DNA from: Rhodobacterales bacterium
GTDB lineage: Bacteria; Pseudomonadota; Alphaproteobacteria; Rhodobacterales; CAZPXZ01
NCBI GenBank assembly: GCA_965221505.1
Contig: CBDCSI010000002.1
Coordinates: 1,610,052 to 1,674,051 of the forward strand
Direction: 5' to 3'
DNA length: 64,000 bases
The translations under genes and the position numbers were made by a program. Position 1 is the stretch's first letter, and every line of letters starts with the position of its first letter. The notes under the pieces were generated by a model that worked only from the letters and a program-made list of their open reading frames with translations, ran no database searches and was not told the origin of the DNA. This document shows positions 1 to 9,940 of this stretch, in pieces.

Positions 1-642
1 GACGAGGAGGTTCGCATGGTCCGCCTGGTCCGGGACGCGATCGGCGACCGGCCGCTCAAGCTCGACGCCAACGGAGCCTGGACCGTGCAGACCGCGCGGG
101 AGGCGGTGCGGCGACTGGACGAGTACCGCATCCTCTACTACGAGGATCCCTGCCCGACCTACGAGGAAATGGCCCGGCTGCGGCCCTGTACCCGCGCGAA
201 CTTCTCGACCCACGTTCTTGACCTGCCGAGGGCCGTGCAGCTCGGCTGCCCGGACACCCTGGTCACCAATCTGGCGGAGCTCGGCGGCATCCGGCGCACC
301 GTGGAATTCGCCCGAGCGTGCGAAGCGTTCCAGATCGGTTTCCGGTTCCACAGCGGCGAGACCGGCGTAGCCAGCGCGGCCTACCTGCAGGTCTCGGCCG
401 CGGTCGAACACATTCGCGAACCGAGCCAGACGCTGTTCCGGTGGTACGGGGACGACGTCGTGGCGGAGGGCACGCCGGTTCCGAAGGGCGGCGTCGTGCC
501 GGTGCCGACCGGGCCCGGCCTCGGGGTCACGCTGGACCGGGCCGCGATGCGTCGCTGCCACGAGCGGTTTCTGGCCGAGGGCGCCTTTCCGAAGAGCGCG
601 GGCGGCCCGCGGCAATTCCGTACGCGCTTTCGCCGCATGTAG
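1..642 (+). CDS. Enolase-superfamily enzyme (mandelate racemase/muconate-lactonizing or glucarate-dehydratase-like), C-terminal part; the 5' end is off-window.
   Basis: The frame of ORF 16..642 stays open back to position 1. The translation (LKLDANGAW..YYEDPCPTYEEM..FHSGETGV) reads like the C-terminal barrel of enolase-superfamily enzymes. Confidence 0.8.
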   Translation, partial: DEEVRMVRLVRDAIGDRPLKLDANGAWTVQTAREAVRRLDEYRILYYEDPCPTYEEMARLRPCTRANFSTHVLDLPRAVQLGCPDTLVTNLAELGGIRRTVEFARACEAFQIGFRFHSGETGVASAAYLQVSAAVEHIREPSQTLFRWYGDDVVAEGTPVPKGGVVPVPTGPGLGVTLDRAAMRRCHERFLAEGAFPKSAGGPRQFRTRFRRM

Positions 643-676
643 CGGCCTCGGCCGCGAGTGTCCGCCTCCGGCGCGG

Positions 677-2347
677 TCAGCCGGGATCGGTTTCGACTTC
701 GGACTCCTGCCCGTCGCCGTCCAGGAGATCCCTCGCGTTCTCGCGCGCCCGCTCCGTAATCCTGGCGCCCGAAAGCATGCGCGCGATCTCCTCGATGCGC
801 TCTTCCCGGGTGAGGGCGGCGATCGAGACGTCCGATCCGCTCTCTCGGGAGACCGAGAGATGCCGGTTGCCGAGCGCGGCGACCTGCGGCGCGTGGGTGA
901 CGCAGACGACCTGGGCGCGCCCGGCAAGCCGCCGCAACGTGCGGCCGACCGTATCGGCCGTGACGCCGCCGACCCCGATGTCGGCTTCGTCGAGTACGAG
1001 GCACGGCAGTGCGCTTCTCTCGGCCGCGACCACGGTGACGGCCAGCGAAATCCTCGCCTGTTCTCCGCCCGACGCGACCCGCGCCAGCGAGGCGGGCGGC
1101 TGGTCCGGGTTGGTGGCGACCAGGAACTCGACCGCATCCAGGCCCCGCTCGTTCAACGCCTCCGAGAACGCGACCGAGAGGGAGCCGCCGGCGATGCCCA
1201 GGGTCTTCATGAGCCGGCCGACCTTCCGGCCGAAGGCGTCGGCCGCCTTGCGCCGGGTCTTGCGGACTTCGAGAGCGGCCGCGCGATACGCCTCTTCCCG
1301 TTGTCCGATCTCTGCGCTCAGAGTGTCGCGGCGCTCGGAACTCGCCTCGCGGGCGGCGACCCGGTCGGCGATCGACGCATGGATCTCCGGCAGCCGCGCC
1401 GGCTCGGTCCGGTGCTTCCGCGCGATGTCGTGCATGCGTCCGATACGCGCGTCCAGCTCGGCGAGACGCTCCGGGTCCGGCGCCAGGCGTTCGGCGTAGC
1501 GGCGCAGGTCCGAGAGCGCCCCGTCGATCAGCGCGAGCGCCGAATCCGCGTTCTCTTGCGCGGACGCGAGCGAAGGGTCGTCGCCCTCCAGCCGTCCGAT
1601 TTCGCTGGCCGCGCTGCGGAGCGAATCGACGTCCTCGAGCGCGGCGAGTGCGCGGGCGGCGGATTCCCGCAGCGCGTCGATCTGCGACAGGCGGGAGTGC
1701 TCGGCGTCGATCGCCTCGTATTCTCCCGGTTGCGGATCGAGTTCCTCGAGCTCCCGGAGCTGATAGTCGAGCAGCGCGGCCGCGTCGCCGCCGTTTCCCT
1801 GCTCTGCTTCCAGCGCTTCCATCTCGCGGACCGCGCGGCGCCAGCGGTCCCACGCGTCGGCCAGGCGCCGTCGCTTCCGGACCGGCACGCCGTAGTCGTC
1901 CAGGAGCGCTAGCTGCACCCGCTTGCGGGCGATTCGCATGGCTTCGCCCTGGGCATGGACGTCGAGCAGCGTGTCGCCGAGGCCGGCCAGCGTCGCGCGG
2001 GTGACCGGCGTGTCGTTCACGAAGGCGTGCGAGCGGCCGCGGCGGTCCACGGTACGGCGGGCCACGCAGCGGCCCGGCTCGTCCGGATCGGCGAGTTGCC
2101 GCTCTTCGAGATACCGCGCACACTCGCTGCCCGCCTCGACGCGAAACTCGGCCACTGACTCCGCGCGCTGCGCGCCGCGCCGAATGCGGTCGGCGGACGC
2201 GCGCGCGCCGAGAGCGAGCCCGAGGGCGTCCAGGAGGACGGACTTGCCGGCGCCCGATTCGCCGGTGATCACCGTGAGGCCCGGCCCGAACTCAATTTCG
2301 AGCGCGGGAATCACGACCAGATCCCGCACCTGGAGCCGGGTCAGCAT
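677..2347 (-). CDS. recN: DNA repair protein RecN.
   Basis: ORF 677..2734 was trimmed to the ATG at 2347. The N-terminus MLTRLQVRDLVVIPALEIEFGPGLTVITGESGAGKSVLLDALG carries a Walker A motif. The C-terminus has an SMC-type signature (SGGEQARISLA) and a Walker B motif (LVLDEADIGVGG). Confidence 0.95.
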   Translation of the reverse strand: MLTRLQVRDLVVIPALEIEFGPGLTVITGESGAGKSVLLDALGLALGARASADRIRRGAQRAESVAEFRVEAGSECARYLEERQLADPDEPGRCVARRTVDRRGRSHAFVNDTPVTRATLAGLGDTLLDVHAQGEAMRIARKRVQLALLDDYGVPVRKRRRLADAWDRWRRAVREMEALEAEQGNGGDAAALLDYQLRELEELDPQPGEYEAIDAEHSRLSQIDALRESAARALAALEDVDSLRSAASEIGRLEGDDPSLASAQENADSALALIDGALSDLRRYAERLAPDPERLAELDARIGRMHDIARKHRTEPARLPEIHASIADRVAAREASSERRDTLSAEIGQREEAYRAAALEVRKTRRKAADAFGRKVGRLMKTLGIAGGSLSVAFSEALNERGLDAVEFLVATNPDQPPASLARVASGGEQARISLAVTVVAAERSALPCLVLDEADIGVGGVTADTVGRTLRRLAGRAQVVCVTHAPQVAALGNRHLSVSRESGSDVSIAALTREERIEEIARMLSGARITERARENARDLLDGDGQESEVETDPG

Positions 2348-2702
2348 GCGTCTTCTCCCGGTTCTTCCGCCCTGCCGGGGCGCTCGCCGCGGACGGCCGG
2401 AGACGCCGTTCCATGCAACCGGACGCAGCCGGGGGAAGCCTTGCGTTTGCCCATGTCCGGCTCGCTCCGCGTGTCGTTCTCCGTCGCGCTCAGTGTACGC
2501 CGAAGCGCGGCAGACCGGAATCGGGATCGTGAAGGCGGGGATGCGACCGGACTCCCCCCGGGCGGACGGCCGAAGCGGGGCGAGCCGTAGGTCGTCATGC
2601 CCGGCCGCTCCGGCATCGGGAAGACGGTAGACTCGGCGCTGCGCCGGCTTCGCGCAGGCGCGCCGCGTAGCGGGGGAGTCTTTCGCCGGAACGGAGCAGG
2701 CC

Positions 2703-3125
2703 ATGGCACACACGCGCATCCGCAAGTTCAACACCCGCGACGCCTGGGCCGGTCAGGATCTGGACAACGACCTCGCCATGGCGGTGCGCGCGGGCAACCG
2801 CGTGTTCCTCAGGGGCCAGGCGGGCGTGGACTTCGAGGGCAACCTGGTCGGCGTCGGCGACGCCCGGGCCCAGACCGAGCAGGCGATGCGCAACGTGAAG
2901 CAGCTCCTGGAAGAGGTCGGGGCCCGGCTCGACCATATCTGCAAGATCACGATCTATATCACCGACCGGGCTTACCGTCGCGACGTCTACCGCGAGATCG
3001 GCAAGTGGCTGAAGGGCGTGCATCCCTGTTCCACCGGTCTGATCGTCAGCGGTCTGGCGGCCCCGGAGCTGGTGATGGAGATCGACGTCGAGGCGGTGAT
3101 CCCGGACGGGGAAGCGCCGGGCTGA
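2703..3125 (+). CDS. RidA/YjgF/Endoribonuclease L-PSP family protein.
   Basis: This is a 140-aa ORF whose sequence reads like a RidA-family protein (VFLRGQAGVD..AQTEQAMRNVKQLLEEVGARLDHICKITIYITD). Confidence 0.88.
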   Translation: MAHTRIRKFNTRDAWAGQDLDNDLAMAVRAGNRVFLRGQAGVDFEGNLVGVGDARAQTEQAMRNVKQLLEEVGARLDHICKITIYITDRAYRRDVYREIGKWLKGVHPCSTGLIVSGLAAPELVMEIDVEAVIPDGEAPG

Positions 3126-3143
3126 GGGGCGGGAGAGACCCGG

Positions 3144-3824
3144 ATGACGTTTTCGATCGCCGGCCGGTGCCGCCGGACGGGCCAGTTCGGGATCGCGGTC
3201 ACCACGTCGAGCATCGCCGTCGGCGCCCGCTGCGTCTGGGTGCGCGAGGGCGTGGGCGCGGTCGCGACCCAGAACGTCACCAATCCCGCGCTCGGCAAGC
3301 TCGGACTGGATCTCCTGGAGCGCGGGATTCCGCCGCCGGAAGCGATGCGACGGACGGTCGAGGCCGACGGCGACCATGCCCGGTTTCGACAGCTCGTCCT
3401 CCTCGGCGCCGACGGTCCGCCCGTCGTCCACACCGGCGACGCCGTGTTGCCGATTTGCGGCGAATCGACCGCGGCGGACTGCGCGGCCGCCGGCAACCTC
3501 CTCGTCGACGCGGGAGTCGCGGGCGCCATGACGGGCGCCTTCGAACGGCTCCCGGAGGCCGCGCTCGCCGAGCGGCTGCTCGCCGGCCTCGAAGCCGGAC
3601 TTGCGGCCGGCGGCGAGCACGGGGCAGTGCGCTCTGCCGCCTTGCAGGTTCGGGCGCAATACGTCTGGCCGATCTGCGACCTGCGGGTCGACTGGGACGA
3701 TTCGGACCCGGTCGGCCGGCTGCGCGCGCTCTGGCGCGAGTACGAGCCGCAACTCGAAGCCTACGTCACCCGAGCGCTCGATCCGGGCGCGGCGCCGTCC
3801 TTCGGCGTGCCGGGAGACGAGTAG
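3144..3824 (+). CDS. DUF1028 family (Ntn-hydrolase-like) protein.
   Basis: The N-terminus MTFSIAGRC..TGQFGIAVTTSSIAVGARC..GVGAVATQN is characteristic of DUF1028. Confidence 0.8.
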   Translation: MTFSIAGRCRRTGQFGIAVTTSSIAVGARCVWVREGVGAVATQNVTNPALGKLGLDLLERGIPPPEAMRRTVEADGDHARFRQLVLLGADGPPVVHTGDAVLPICGESTAADCAAAGNLLVDAGVAGAMTGAFERLPEAALAERLLAGLEAGLAAGGEHGAVRSAALQVRAQYVWPICDLRVDWDDSDPVGRLRALWREYEPQLEAYVTRALDPGAAPSFGVPGDE

Positions 3825-3998
3825 GGTCGCTCGCCGACCGCATCGACGCCGCTTTGCCGATTCCGGCGGGTTGGTCTATACCCCTTGCCGGCGACCTTGC
3901 CCTGCGCCGGATCCGCGTATCCCGCGGGCGGCCACGGCGCTCCGCCGGCCGGTTCGCCGGCGTCAGACAGGAATCGAACGGAGGGAGGAACGGAACAC

Positions 3999-5486
3999 AT
4001 GAAGAAACTACTCGTCGCGTTGACGGCTGCGGCGGCCCTGCTGGCCGCCCCGGCGGCAGCGAAGGACCTTCTGGTCGTCGACAACATCCAGGAGCCGGCC
4101 ACGCTGGATCCGCACCGGCAGTGGAACCCGGACAGCTACACGGTGTACCGGAACATCTACGACAATCTGGTGACCCGCGACTCGAGCGGCGCGATCGTTC
4201 CGCAGGTCGCGGTCTCGTGGACGGCCGCGAGCGACACCGAGGTCGACTTCCGGCTCCGGGACGACATCGTCTTCCACGACGGCACGCCGCTGACCGCGGA
4301 CGACGTGGCGTTCTCGGTCAAGCGCATCACCGATCCCGAGTTCAAGAGCCCGCAACTGGGCCAGTTCTCGAAGATCGTCGGCGCCGAGGCGACGGGAACG
4401 CATTCGGTCCGGCTGACGACCGACGGCCCCTATCCGGTGCTTCTGGCGCAGCTCGTGAAGCTGTCCGTCGTCTCCCGCGCCTACGCCGAACGGGTCGGGG
4501 ACGAGGAGCTGAACCTCACGCCGATGGGATCGGGTCCGTACAAATTCGTCGAGTGGCGCAAGGGCGTCAAGGTGGTGCTGGAGCGGAACGACGGTTACTG
4601 GCGCGGCGAGCCGCCCTTCGCCCGGGTCGAGTTCGTCTCGGTACCGGACGCCGCCACCCGGATCGCGGATCTCCGCACCGGCAAGGCCGACCTGATCGTC
4701 GGTCTGAACCCTGACGACGCGCTGCAGTTGCAGGGCACCGACGGCGTGGACGTGCGCAGCGCGCCGACCGAGCGGGTCGGATATCTGATGATGAACACCC
4801 AGGGCGGGCCGCTCGTCGACAAGCGCGTCCGGCAGGCGGTCTCGCATGCGATCGACCGCCAGCTCATCATCGACGCGCTGCTCGGCGGCTATTCGCAGGT
4901 CACCAACCAGCTTCTGACGCCGGCGCATTTCGGTTACGTCGAGGGGCTGGAGTGGTACGACTACGATCCGGAGAAGGCGAAGGCGCTCCTCGCCGAGGCC
5001 GGGCACGGAGACGGGCTCGAGATCGAGATCATCACCGCGCCTCCCTTCGACCAGCGGATCATCCAGGCGATTCAGCAGCAGCTGGCCGACGTGGGCGTGA
5101 CGCTGAAGATCTCCATGAGCGACATGTCGACTTTCCTGTCCCGTCGCCGGGCGGATCCGGACGGGTTCGGGGACACGGTGTTCGGACGCTGGTCCTGCGC
5201 GTGCCAGGACGCCGACGGGGTTCTGTTCGCCATGTTCCACTCCGACAGCGTCTGGTCCAAATACGCCAATCCCGAGCTGGACAAGTGGCTGGTCGCGGGC
5301 CGTTCGACTCTCGACGAGGCGGAGCGGATTGCGGCCTATACCGAGGCGCACCGGATCATCCGCGAGGAGACCCCCTCGATTCCGCTCTACCAGGCGGCCG
5401 CCATCTACGGCGCCAGGTCGAACCTCAAATGGTCGCCGACCGCCAACGAGAGCCTGTTCGTGATGGACATGGTCTGGGAGGAATAG
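3999..5486 (+). CDS. ABC transporter substrate-binding protein, family 5 (peptide/nickel, DppA-like).
   Basis: ORF 3885..5486 was trimmed to the ATG at 3999, which follows a GGAGGGAGGA ribosome-binding site. It has a signal peptide (MKKLLVALTAAAALLAAPAAA) and family-5 SBP sequence throughout. Confidence 0.9.
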   Translation: MKKLLVALTAAAALLAAPAAAKDLLVVDNIQEPATLDPHRQWNPDSYTVYRNIYDNLVTRDSSGAIVPQVAVSWTAASDTEVDFRLRDDIVFHDGTPLTADDVAFSVKRITDPEFKSPQLGQFSKIVGAEATGTHSVRLTTDGPYPVLLAQLVKLSVVSRAYAERVGDEELNLTPMGSGPYKFVEWRKGVKVVLERNDGYWRGEPPFARVEFVSVPDAATRIADLRTGKADLIVGLNPDDALQLQGTDGVDVRSAPTERVGYLMMNTQGGPLVDKRVRQAVSHAIDRQLIIDALLGGYSQVTNQLLTPAHFGYVEGLEWYDYDPEKAKALLAEAGHGDGLEIEIITAPPFDQRIIQAIQQQLADVGVTLKISMSDMSTFLSRRRADPDGFGDTVFGRWSCACQDADGVLFAMFHSDSVWSKYANPELDKWLVAGRSTLDEAERIAAYTEAHRIIREETPSIPLYQAAAIYGARSNLKWSPTANESLFVMDMVWEE

Positions 5487-5556
5487 ACCAGGCCCTTCGC
5501 CGCCCGGGGCGCGTGCCCCGGGCGGTCCCCCCGCAGCCGGACTTGCCGTCGCGCGC

Positions 5557-6480
5557 ATGCCGTATTTTTTTCTGAACCGGGCCGGACAGGCCGCGTTCGC
5601 GCTCTTCGGCGTGGCGACCCTCGTCTTCGTGCTGCAGCATCTCACCGGCGACCCGGTCGCGCTGATGGTACCGGAGGGCGCCACGGCCGAAGACATCGCC
5701 CTGCTTCGCGCCCAGTTCGGCTTCGACCGGCCGCTGCCGGTCCAGTATGCGGAGTATCTCTGGAACCTGGCGCAGGGCGATTTCGGAATCTCGTACGTCC
5801 AGAACATTCCCGTTCTCGACATCGTCGCCTCCCGGCTACCGTACACCCTGCAGCTCTCGGGCGCGGCGCTGCTCATCGCGCTGCTGGTGGGTCTGCCCGT
5901 CGGCGTCGTGGCCGCGCTCAACCGGGGACGCTGGCCGGAAAAGCCGGCGCTCGCCCTCGTCCTCGCCGCGCAGTCGATGCCGACTTTCTGGTCCGGCATT
6001 CTCCTGATCCTCCTCTTCGCCGTCACGCTGGACTGGCTGCCGTCTTCCGGCGCCGACGCCGCGGGTTCGATCTTGTTGCCGGCGATCTGCCTCTCGGGCC
6101 TGACCATGGCGACCTTCGCCCGCATCGCCCGCAACGCGATCGTCGAGGAGCTGGGCAAGGACTACGTGCGCGCCGCCTACGCCCGCGGTCAGACGCGGCT
6201 TTCCGTGGTCCTGCGCCACGTGTCGCGGAACGCGTCCGTGCCGTTGATCTCCATTACCGCGCTGGAGCTGGCCAACATGCTGGCCGGCGCCGTCATCGTC
6301 GAGACGGTGTTCGCCTGGCCGGGGCTGGGCCTTCTCGCCGTGCAGGCGATCCAGGCCAACGACTTCCTCGTGGTGCAATCGCTGGTTCTGCTCGGCGCCG
6401 GGGCCTATATCGTGCTGAACCTCCTGGCCGACGTTCTCTACGGCGTGGTCGACCCGCGCATCAAGGCGGCGGGCCGATGA
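5557..6480 (+). CDS. ABC transporter permease (DppB-like).
   Basis: This 307-aa multi-TM ORF reads like a BPD-type permease. Its stop overlaps the next gene's start (ATGA at 6477-6480). Confidence 0.9.
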   Translation: MPYFFLNRAGQAAFALFGVATLVFVLQHLTGDPVALMVPEGATAEDIALLRAQFGFDRPLPVQYAEYLWNLAQGDFGISYVQNIPVLDIVASRLPYTLQLSGAALLIALLVGLPVGVVAALNRGRWPEKPALALVLAAQSMPTFWSGILLILLFAVTLDWLPSSGADAAGSILLPAICLSGLTMATFARIARNAIVEELGKDYVRAAYARGQTRLSVVLRHVSRNASVPLISITALELANMLAGAVIVETVFAWPGLGLLAVQAIQANDFLVVQSLVLLGAGAYIVLNLLADVLYGVVDPRIKAAGR

Positions 6481-7319
6481 CGCTCGCCGGCGAGCGCGTG
6501 CCCGTCGGCGCGGCCGCTGCGGCGGCGCTCCTCTCGGTCTTCGTGCTGGTGGCGGTCGCCGCTCCCGCGGTCGCGCCGCTCGATCCGAACGCGCAGGATC
6601 TCTTCGCGCGGCTGAAGCCGCCGGGCACCGAGTCGCGCGGGGCGTACTATCTCCTCGGCACGGACGAGCTCGGCCGCGACGTTCTCAGCCGGATCGTTCA
6701 CGGTTCCCGGATCTCGCTGTTCGTCGCCTTCACCTCCGTTTGCGTTTCGCTGGTTCTCGGCACCGCGCTCGGCGTCATGGCGGGGTATTTCCGGGGCTGG
6801 GTCGAAGTCGTCATCATGCGGCTCGCCGACGTGGTGCTGTCGATCCCGGCGCTGCTCCTGGCGATCATCGCGGTGATCGTCCTGGAGCCGGGTCTGATGA
6901 GCCTCGTCGCGGTGCTCGGGTTCACGCGCTGGCCGCGCTACACGCGCGTGGCCTACGGCCAGACGCTGAGCGTCGCCACCCGGTCCTACGTCACGGCCGC
7001 CCGGTTTCACGGCGCCGGCCCGTTCTGGCTGATGCCGCGGCATATCCTGCCGAACGTCCTGAACCCGCTGATCGTGGTCGCGACGCTGGAGTTCGGGTTG
7101 ATGATCCTGTTCGAGGCCGGGCTCTCTTTCCTCGGCCTCGGCATCCAGCCCCCGACTTCCAGCTGGGGGGCGATGATGAGCGTGGGGCGCAGCTACCTGA
7201 ACACGGCGTGGTGGATCGCGACCTATCCCGGCCTCTGCCTGTTCGCGCTGGTCCTCTGCGTCAACCTGCTCGGGGACACGCTGCGCGACCGGCTGGATCC
7301 GAAGAGCGACCGGAGATGA
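6477..7319 (+). CDS. ABC transporter permease (DppC-like).
   Basis: This 280-aa multi-TM ORF is translationally coupled to both neighbouring genes. Confidence 0.9.
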   Translation: MTLAGERVPVGAAAAAALLSVFVLVAVAAPAVAPLDPNAQDLFARLKPPGTESRGAYYLLGTDELGRDVLSRIVHGSRISLFVAFTSVCVSLVLGTALGVMAGYFRGWVEVVIMRLADVVLSIPALLLAIIAVIVLEPGLMSLVAVLGFTRWPRYTRVAYGQTLSVATRSYVTAARFHGAGPFWLMPRHILPNVLNPLIVVATLEFGLMILFEAGLSFLGLGIQPPTSSWGAMMSVGRSYLNTAWWIATYPGLCLFALVLCVNLLGDTLRDRLDPKSDRR

Positions 7320-8098
7320 GCGAGTTCCGGGGCCGGCGGGTGGCGATCACCGGCGCCTGCGGCGTGTTCGGGCGACGCTTCGCGACCGCGTTCGCGGACG
7401 CCGGCGCGCGGGTCTGCCTGTCGGACAACCGGGGCGACCGACTGCCGGAGGTCCGTGCGGCGCTCTCCGGCGACGGCCACCGCATCCACGCGACCGAGTT
7501 GACCGACGCGAGCTCGATCGACGCCCTGGTGGCGGAGCTCGCCACGGAGTGGGACGGCGTCGACGTCGTGATCAACAACGCCGGCGTCTATCCGAGCGGG
7601 CATCTGATCGACCTCTCGGCGGAGGAGTGGGACCGGATCATGGCCGTCAACCTGCGCGCCCCTTTCCTGGTCGCCCGCGGCTTCGCGGCGCTGATGGCCA
7701 GGCGCGGCATCGCCGGTTCCATCCTCAATGTCGGCTCGGGGGCGGCGCGGAACATGCGGGCCGGCTCGGTGCCGTATTGCGTCTCGAAGACCGCTCTCGA
7801 CCGTCTGACCAAGGGAATGGCGCTGGAGTTCGCGCCCTTCGGAATCCGGGTGAACGCGCTCGAGCCGGGATTTGCGCCGGGATCGGAAGTCAGCCCGCTC
7901 AGCGAGTCCCATGTGGCGAACACGCTCGGCCACATCCCGCTCGGGCGGCCCTCCGGCCCCAGGGACGCCCCTTCCGCGGCGCTGTTCCTCGCCTCGAGCG
8001 CGGCGTCCTTCGTCACCGGCGCGACGCTCAGCGTGGACGGCGGGAACTCCGTCGGCGCCGCTGCGACCTACCCGGAGGACGTTCTGGAGCGGTTATGA
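7316..8098 (+). CDS. SDR family oxidoreductase.
   Basis: The ATG at 7316 overlaps the permease stop. It has the dinucleotide-binding motif ITGACGVFG, an NNAG motif, and a YCVSK catalytic Tyr/Lys pair. Confidence 0.85.
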   Translation: MSEFRGRRVAITGACGVFGRRFATAFADAGARVCLSDNRGDRLPEVRAALSGDGHRIHATELTDASSIDALVAELATEWDGVDVVINNAGVYPSGHLIDLSAEEWDRIMAVNLRAPFLVARGFAALMARRGIAGSILNVGSGAARNMRAGSVPYCVSKTALDRLTKGMALEFAPFGIRVNALEPGFAPGSEVSPLSESHVANTLGHIPLGRPSGPRDAPSAALFLASSAASFVTGATLSVDGGNSVGAAATYPEDVLERL

Positions 8099-8099
8099 A

Positions 8100-8975
8100 A
8101 TGAAATCGGGACCGAATTCGCTGCCGGCCTACGAGTGGCCCGACGGCTGCCGCGCGGCCTTCCTGTTCTCGGCCGACGTCGACGTCGAGACGCCGTTCCA
8201 GTGGGCCAACCGCGGCAAGGCGGTGAAGACGCTGGGCGAACTCGAACAGCGGCGGTTCGGCGCGCGCAGGGGCGTCGGAAGGCTTGCGGAGCTTCTCGGG
8301 GAGTTCGGCTGGAAGGGGAGCTTCTTCGTCCCCGGCGCCGTCATGGAGTCCTATCCCCGGATCGTTCCCGATCTCCTGGAGGCCGGGCACGAGGTCGGGC
8401 TGCACGGCTACTACCACGAACGCATGGAAACCCTCGACGACGACGGGTTTCGGGCCGTTATGGAACAGAGTCTGGCGGTCTATCGGTCGCAGGGAGGCGC
8501 GGAGCCGGTGGGGTTTCGCTCGCCGGCCTGGGAACTCGGACCGGGCCAGCCGGCGCTCCTGAACGATCCCCGGATCGCCTACGACAGTTCGCTGATGGGC
8601 TTCGAGCATCCCTACACGATCGCCGGCGTGGTCGAGATCCCGGTCCATTGGAGCGTGGACGACGCGCCGTACTACCGCTACTTCGGCGACGCGCGGGACA
8701 CGCGGCCGCCGGTCGGCCCCAACCGGCTCCTGGAAGACTGGATCTGGGCGTTCGACGCCATAGCGGATGCCGGCGGGCTCTTCACCGTCACCGTGCATCC
8801 GTGGATGTCGGGACGGGCGCCGAGAGCGGCGATGCTTCGCCGCCTGTTCGAACACGTCGCCGGGCGGACGGACGTCTGGTGCGCTACCGCCGCCGAAATC
8901 GCCGCGTGGCACCGTTCCTCCGTCAACGCCGACCGCTTCGCCGTCGAGCCCGAGACCGTGAACACCCGCTTCTGA
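8100..8975 (+). CDS. Polysaccharide deacetylase (NodB-homology) family protein.
   Basis: The ATG at 8100 lies 2 nt after the SDR stop. It has the motifs FSADVDVE and HEVGLHGYYHE, which are typical of carbohydrate esterase 4-like deacetylases. Confidence 0.82.
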   Translation: MKSGPNSLPAYEWPDGCRAAFLFSADVDVETPFQWANRGKAVKTLGELEQRRFGARRGVGRLAELLGEFGWKGSFFVPGAVMESYPRIVPDLLEAGHEVGLHGYYHERMETLDDDGFRAVMEQSLAVYRSQGGAEPVGFRSPAWELGPGQPALLNDPRIAYDSSLMGFEHPYTIAGVVEIPVHWSVDDAPYYRYFGDARDTRPPVGPNRLLEDWIWAFDAIADAGGLFTVTVHPWMSGRAPRAAMLRRLFEHVAGRTDVWCATAAEIAAWHRSSVNADRFAVEPETVNTRF

Positions 8976-9940
8976 TGCCCGATCTCCTGGAGCTCCGCAA
9001 TCTCACGGTCGAGTTCCACGGCCAGCCGGTGGTCACGCAGGTCGACCTGGACATGCGGCGCGGGGAGACGCTGGCGCTCGTCGGAGAGTCGGGCTGCGGC
9101 AAGTCGGTGACCGCCCTCGGCATCGTCAACCTTCTGCCGGACGGCGCGCGCAAGGCGTCGGGAACGTTGCGCCTGGCGGGCGAGGATCTCACCGGACTCG
9201 CGGAAGCGGAGTGGCGCAGGGTGCGCGGCCGCCGGATCGGCATGATCTTCCAGGATCCGTCCGCCGCGCTCGATCCGCTGATGACCGTCGGCGGCCAGAT
9301 CGCGGAGGCGCTGCGGCTTCGCGGCGTGTCGGGGCGGGACGCGCTCCGGGCGCAGGCCCGGGAGATGCTGGCCCATGCCGGCATTGCCGACCCGGGGCGG
9401 CGCCTCGACCAATATCCGTACGAGCTCTCGGGCGGCATGGCGCAGCGGGCCATGATCGCCGTCGCCCTCGCCGCGCGGCCGGACTTGTTGATCGCCGACG
9501 AGCCGACGACGGCGCTTGACGTGACCATCCAGGCCCAGATCCTGGCCCTCATGGCCCAGCTCCAGTCGGAGAACGGAACGGCCGTTCTGCTGATCACCCA
9601 CGACATGGGGGTGGTGGCCGAGAACGCGGACCGGCTTGCCGTCATGTATGCCGGCATGGTGGTGGAGACCGGGCGGACGGAGGACGTGCTGGCCCGGCCC
9701 GCCCATCCCTATACGCGCCTGCTTCTGCGCAGCATTCCCACGCTGGACGCCGTGCGCGGCGTGGCGCTGGACGTGATCGAGGGCGTGGTTCCCGAACCCG
9801 GCGCCTGGCCGCCGGGATGCCGGTTTGCGCCGCGCTGCCCGTTCGCGGCGGAGGAATGCGGGTCCGCCGTGCCGGCGCTCCGGGAAATCGGCAGCGGCCG
9901 GGCCGCGGCCTGCGTCGGCCTGGATCGGATCGACGCGTGA
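8975..9940 (+). CDS. ABC transporter ATP-binding protein (DppD-like).
   Basis: The ATG at 8975 overlaps the preceding stop. It has Walker A GESGCGKS, signature LSGGMAQR and Walker B LLIADEPTTALD. Confidence 0.92.
   Translation: MPDLLELRNLTVEFHGQPVVTQVDLDMRRGETLALVGESGCGKSVTALGIVNLLPDGARKASGTLRLAGEDLTGLAEAEWRRVRGRRIGMIFQDPSAALDPLMTVGGQIAEALRLRGVSGRDALRAQAREMLAHAGIADPGRRLDQYPYELSGGMAQRAMIAVALAARPDLLIADEPTTALDVTIQAQILALMAQLQSENGTAVLLITHDMGVVAENADRLAVMYAGMVVETGRTEDVLARPAHPYTRLLLRSIPTLDAVRGVALDVIEGVVPEPGAWPPGCRFAPRCPFAAEECGSAVPALREIGSGRAAACVGLDRIDA

Noticed and set aside
318-2123. Long ORFs overlapping recN (318..1499 +, 381..2123 -, 860..1912 +).
   Set aside because: Their translations are Arg/Pro/Ala/Gly-rich and low-complexity, and they lie in alternative frames of a clearly recognisable recN. 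This is typical of high-GC DNA with few stop codons.
2348-2702. A search for an SOS box (alphaproteobacterial GTTC-N7-GTTC / GAAC-N7-GAAC) upstream of recN.
   Set aside because: Isolated GTTC words occur, but none has a second half-site at the N7 spacing. No LexA site is claimed.
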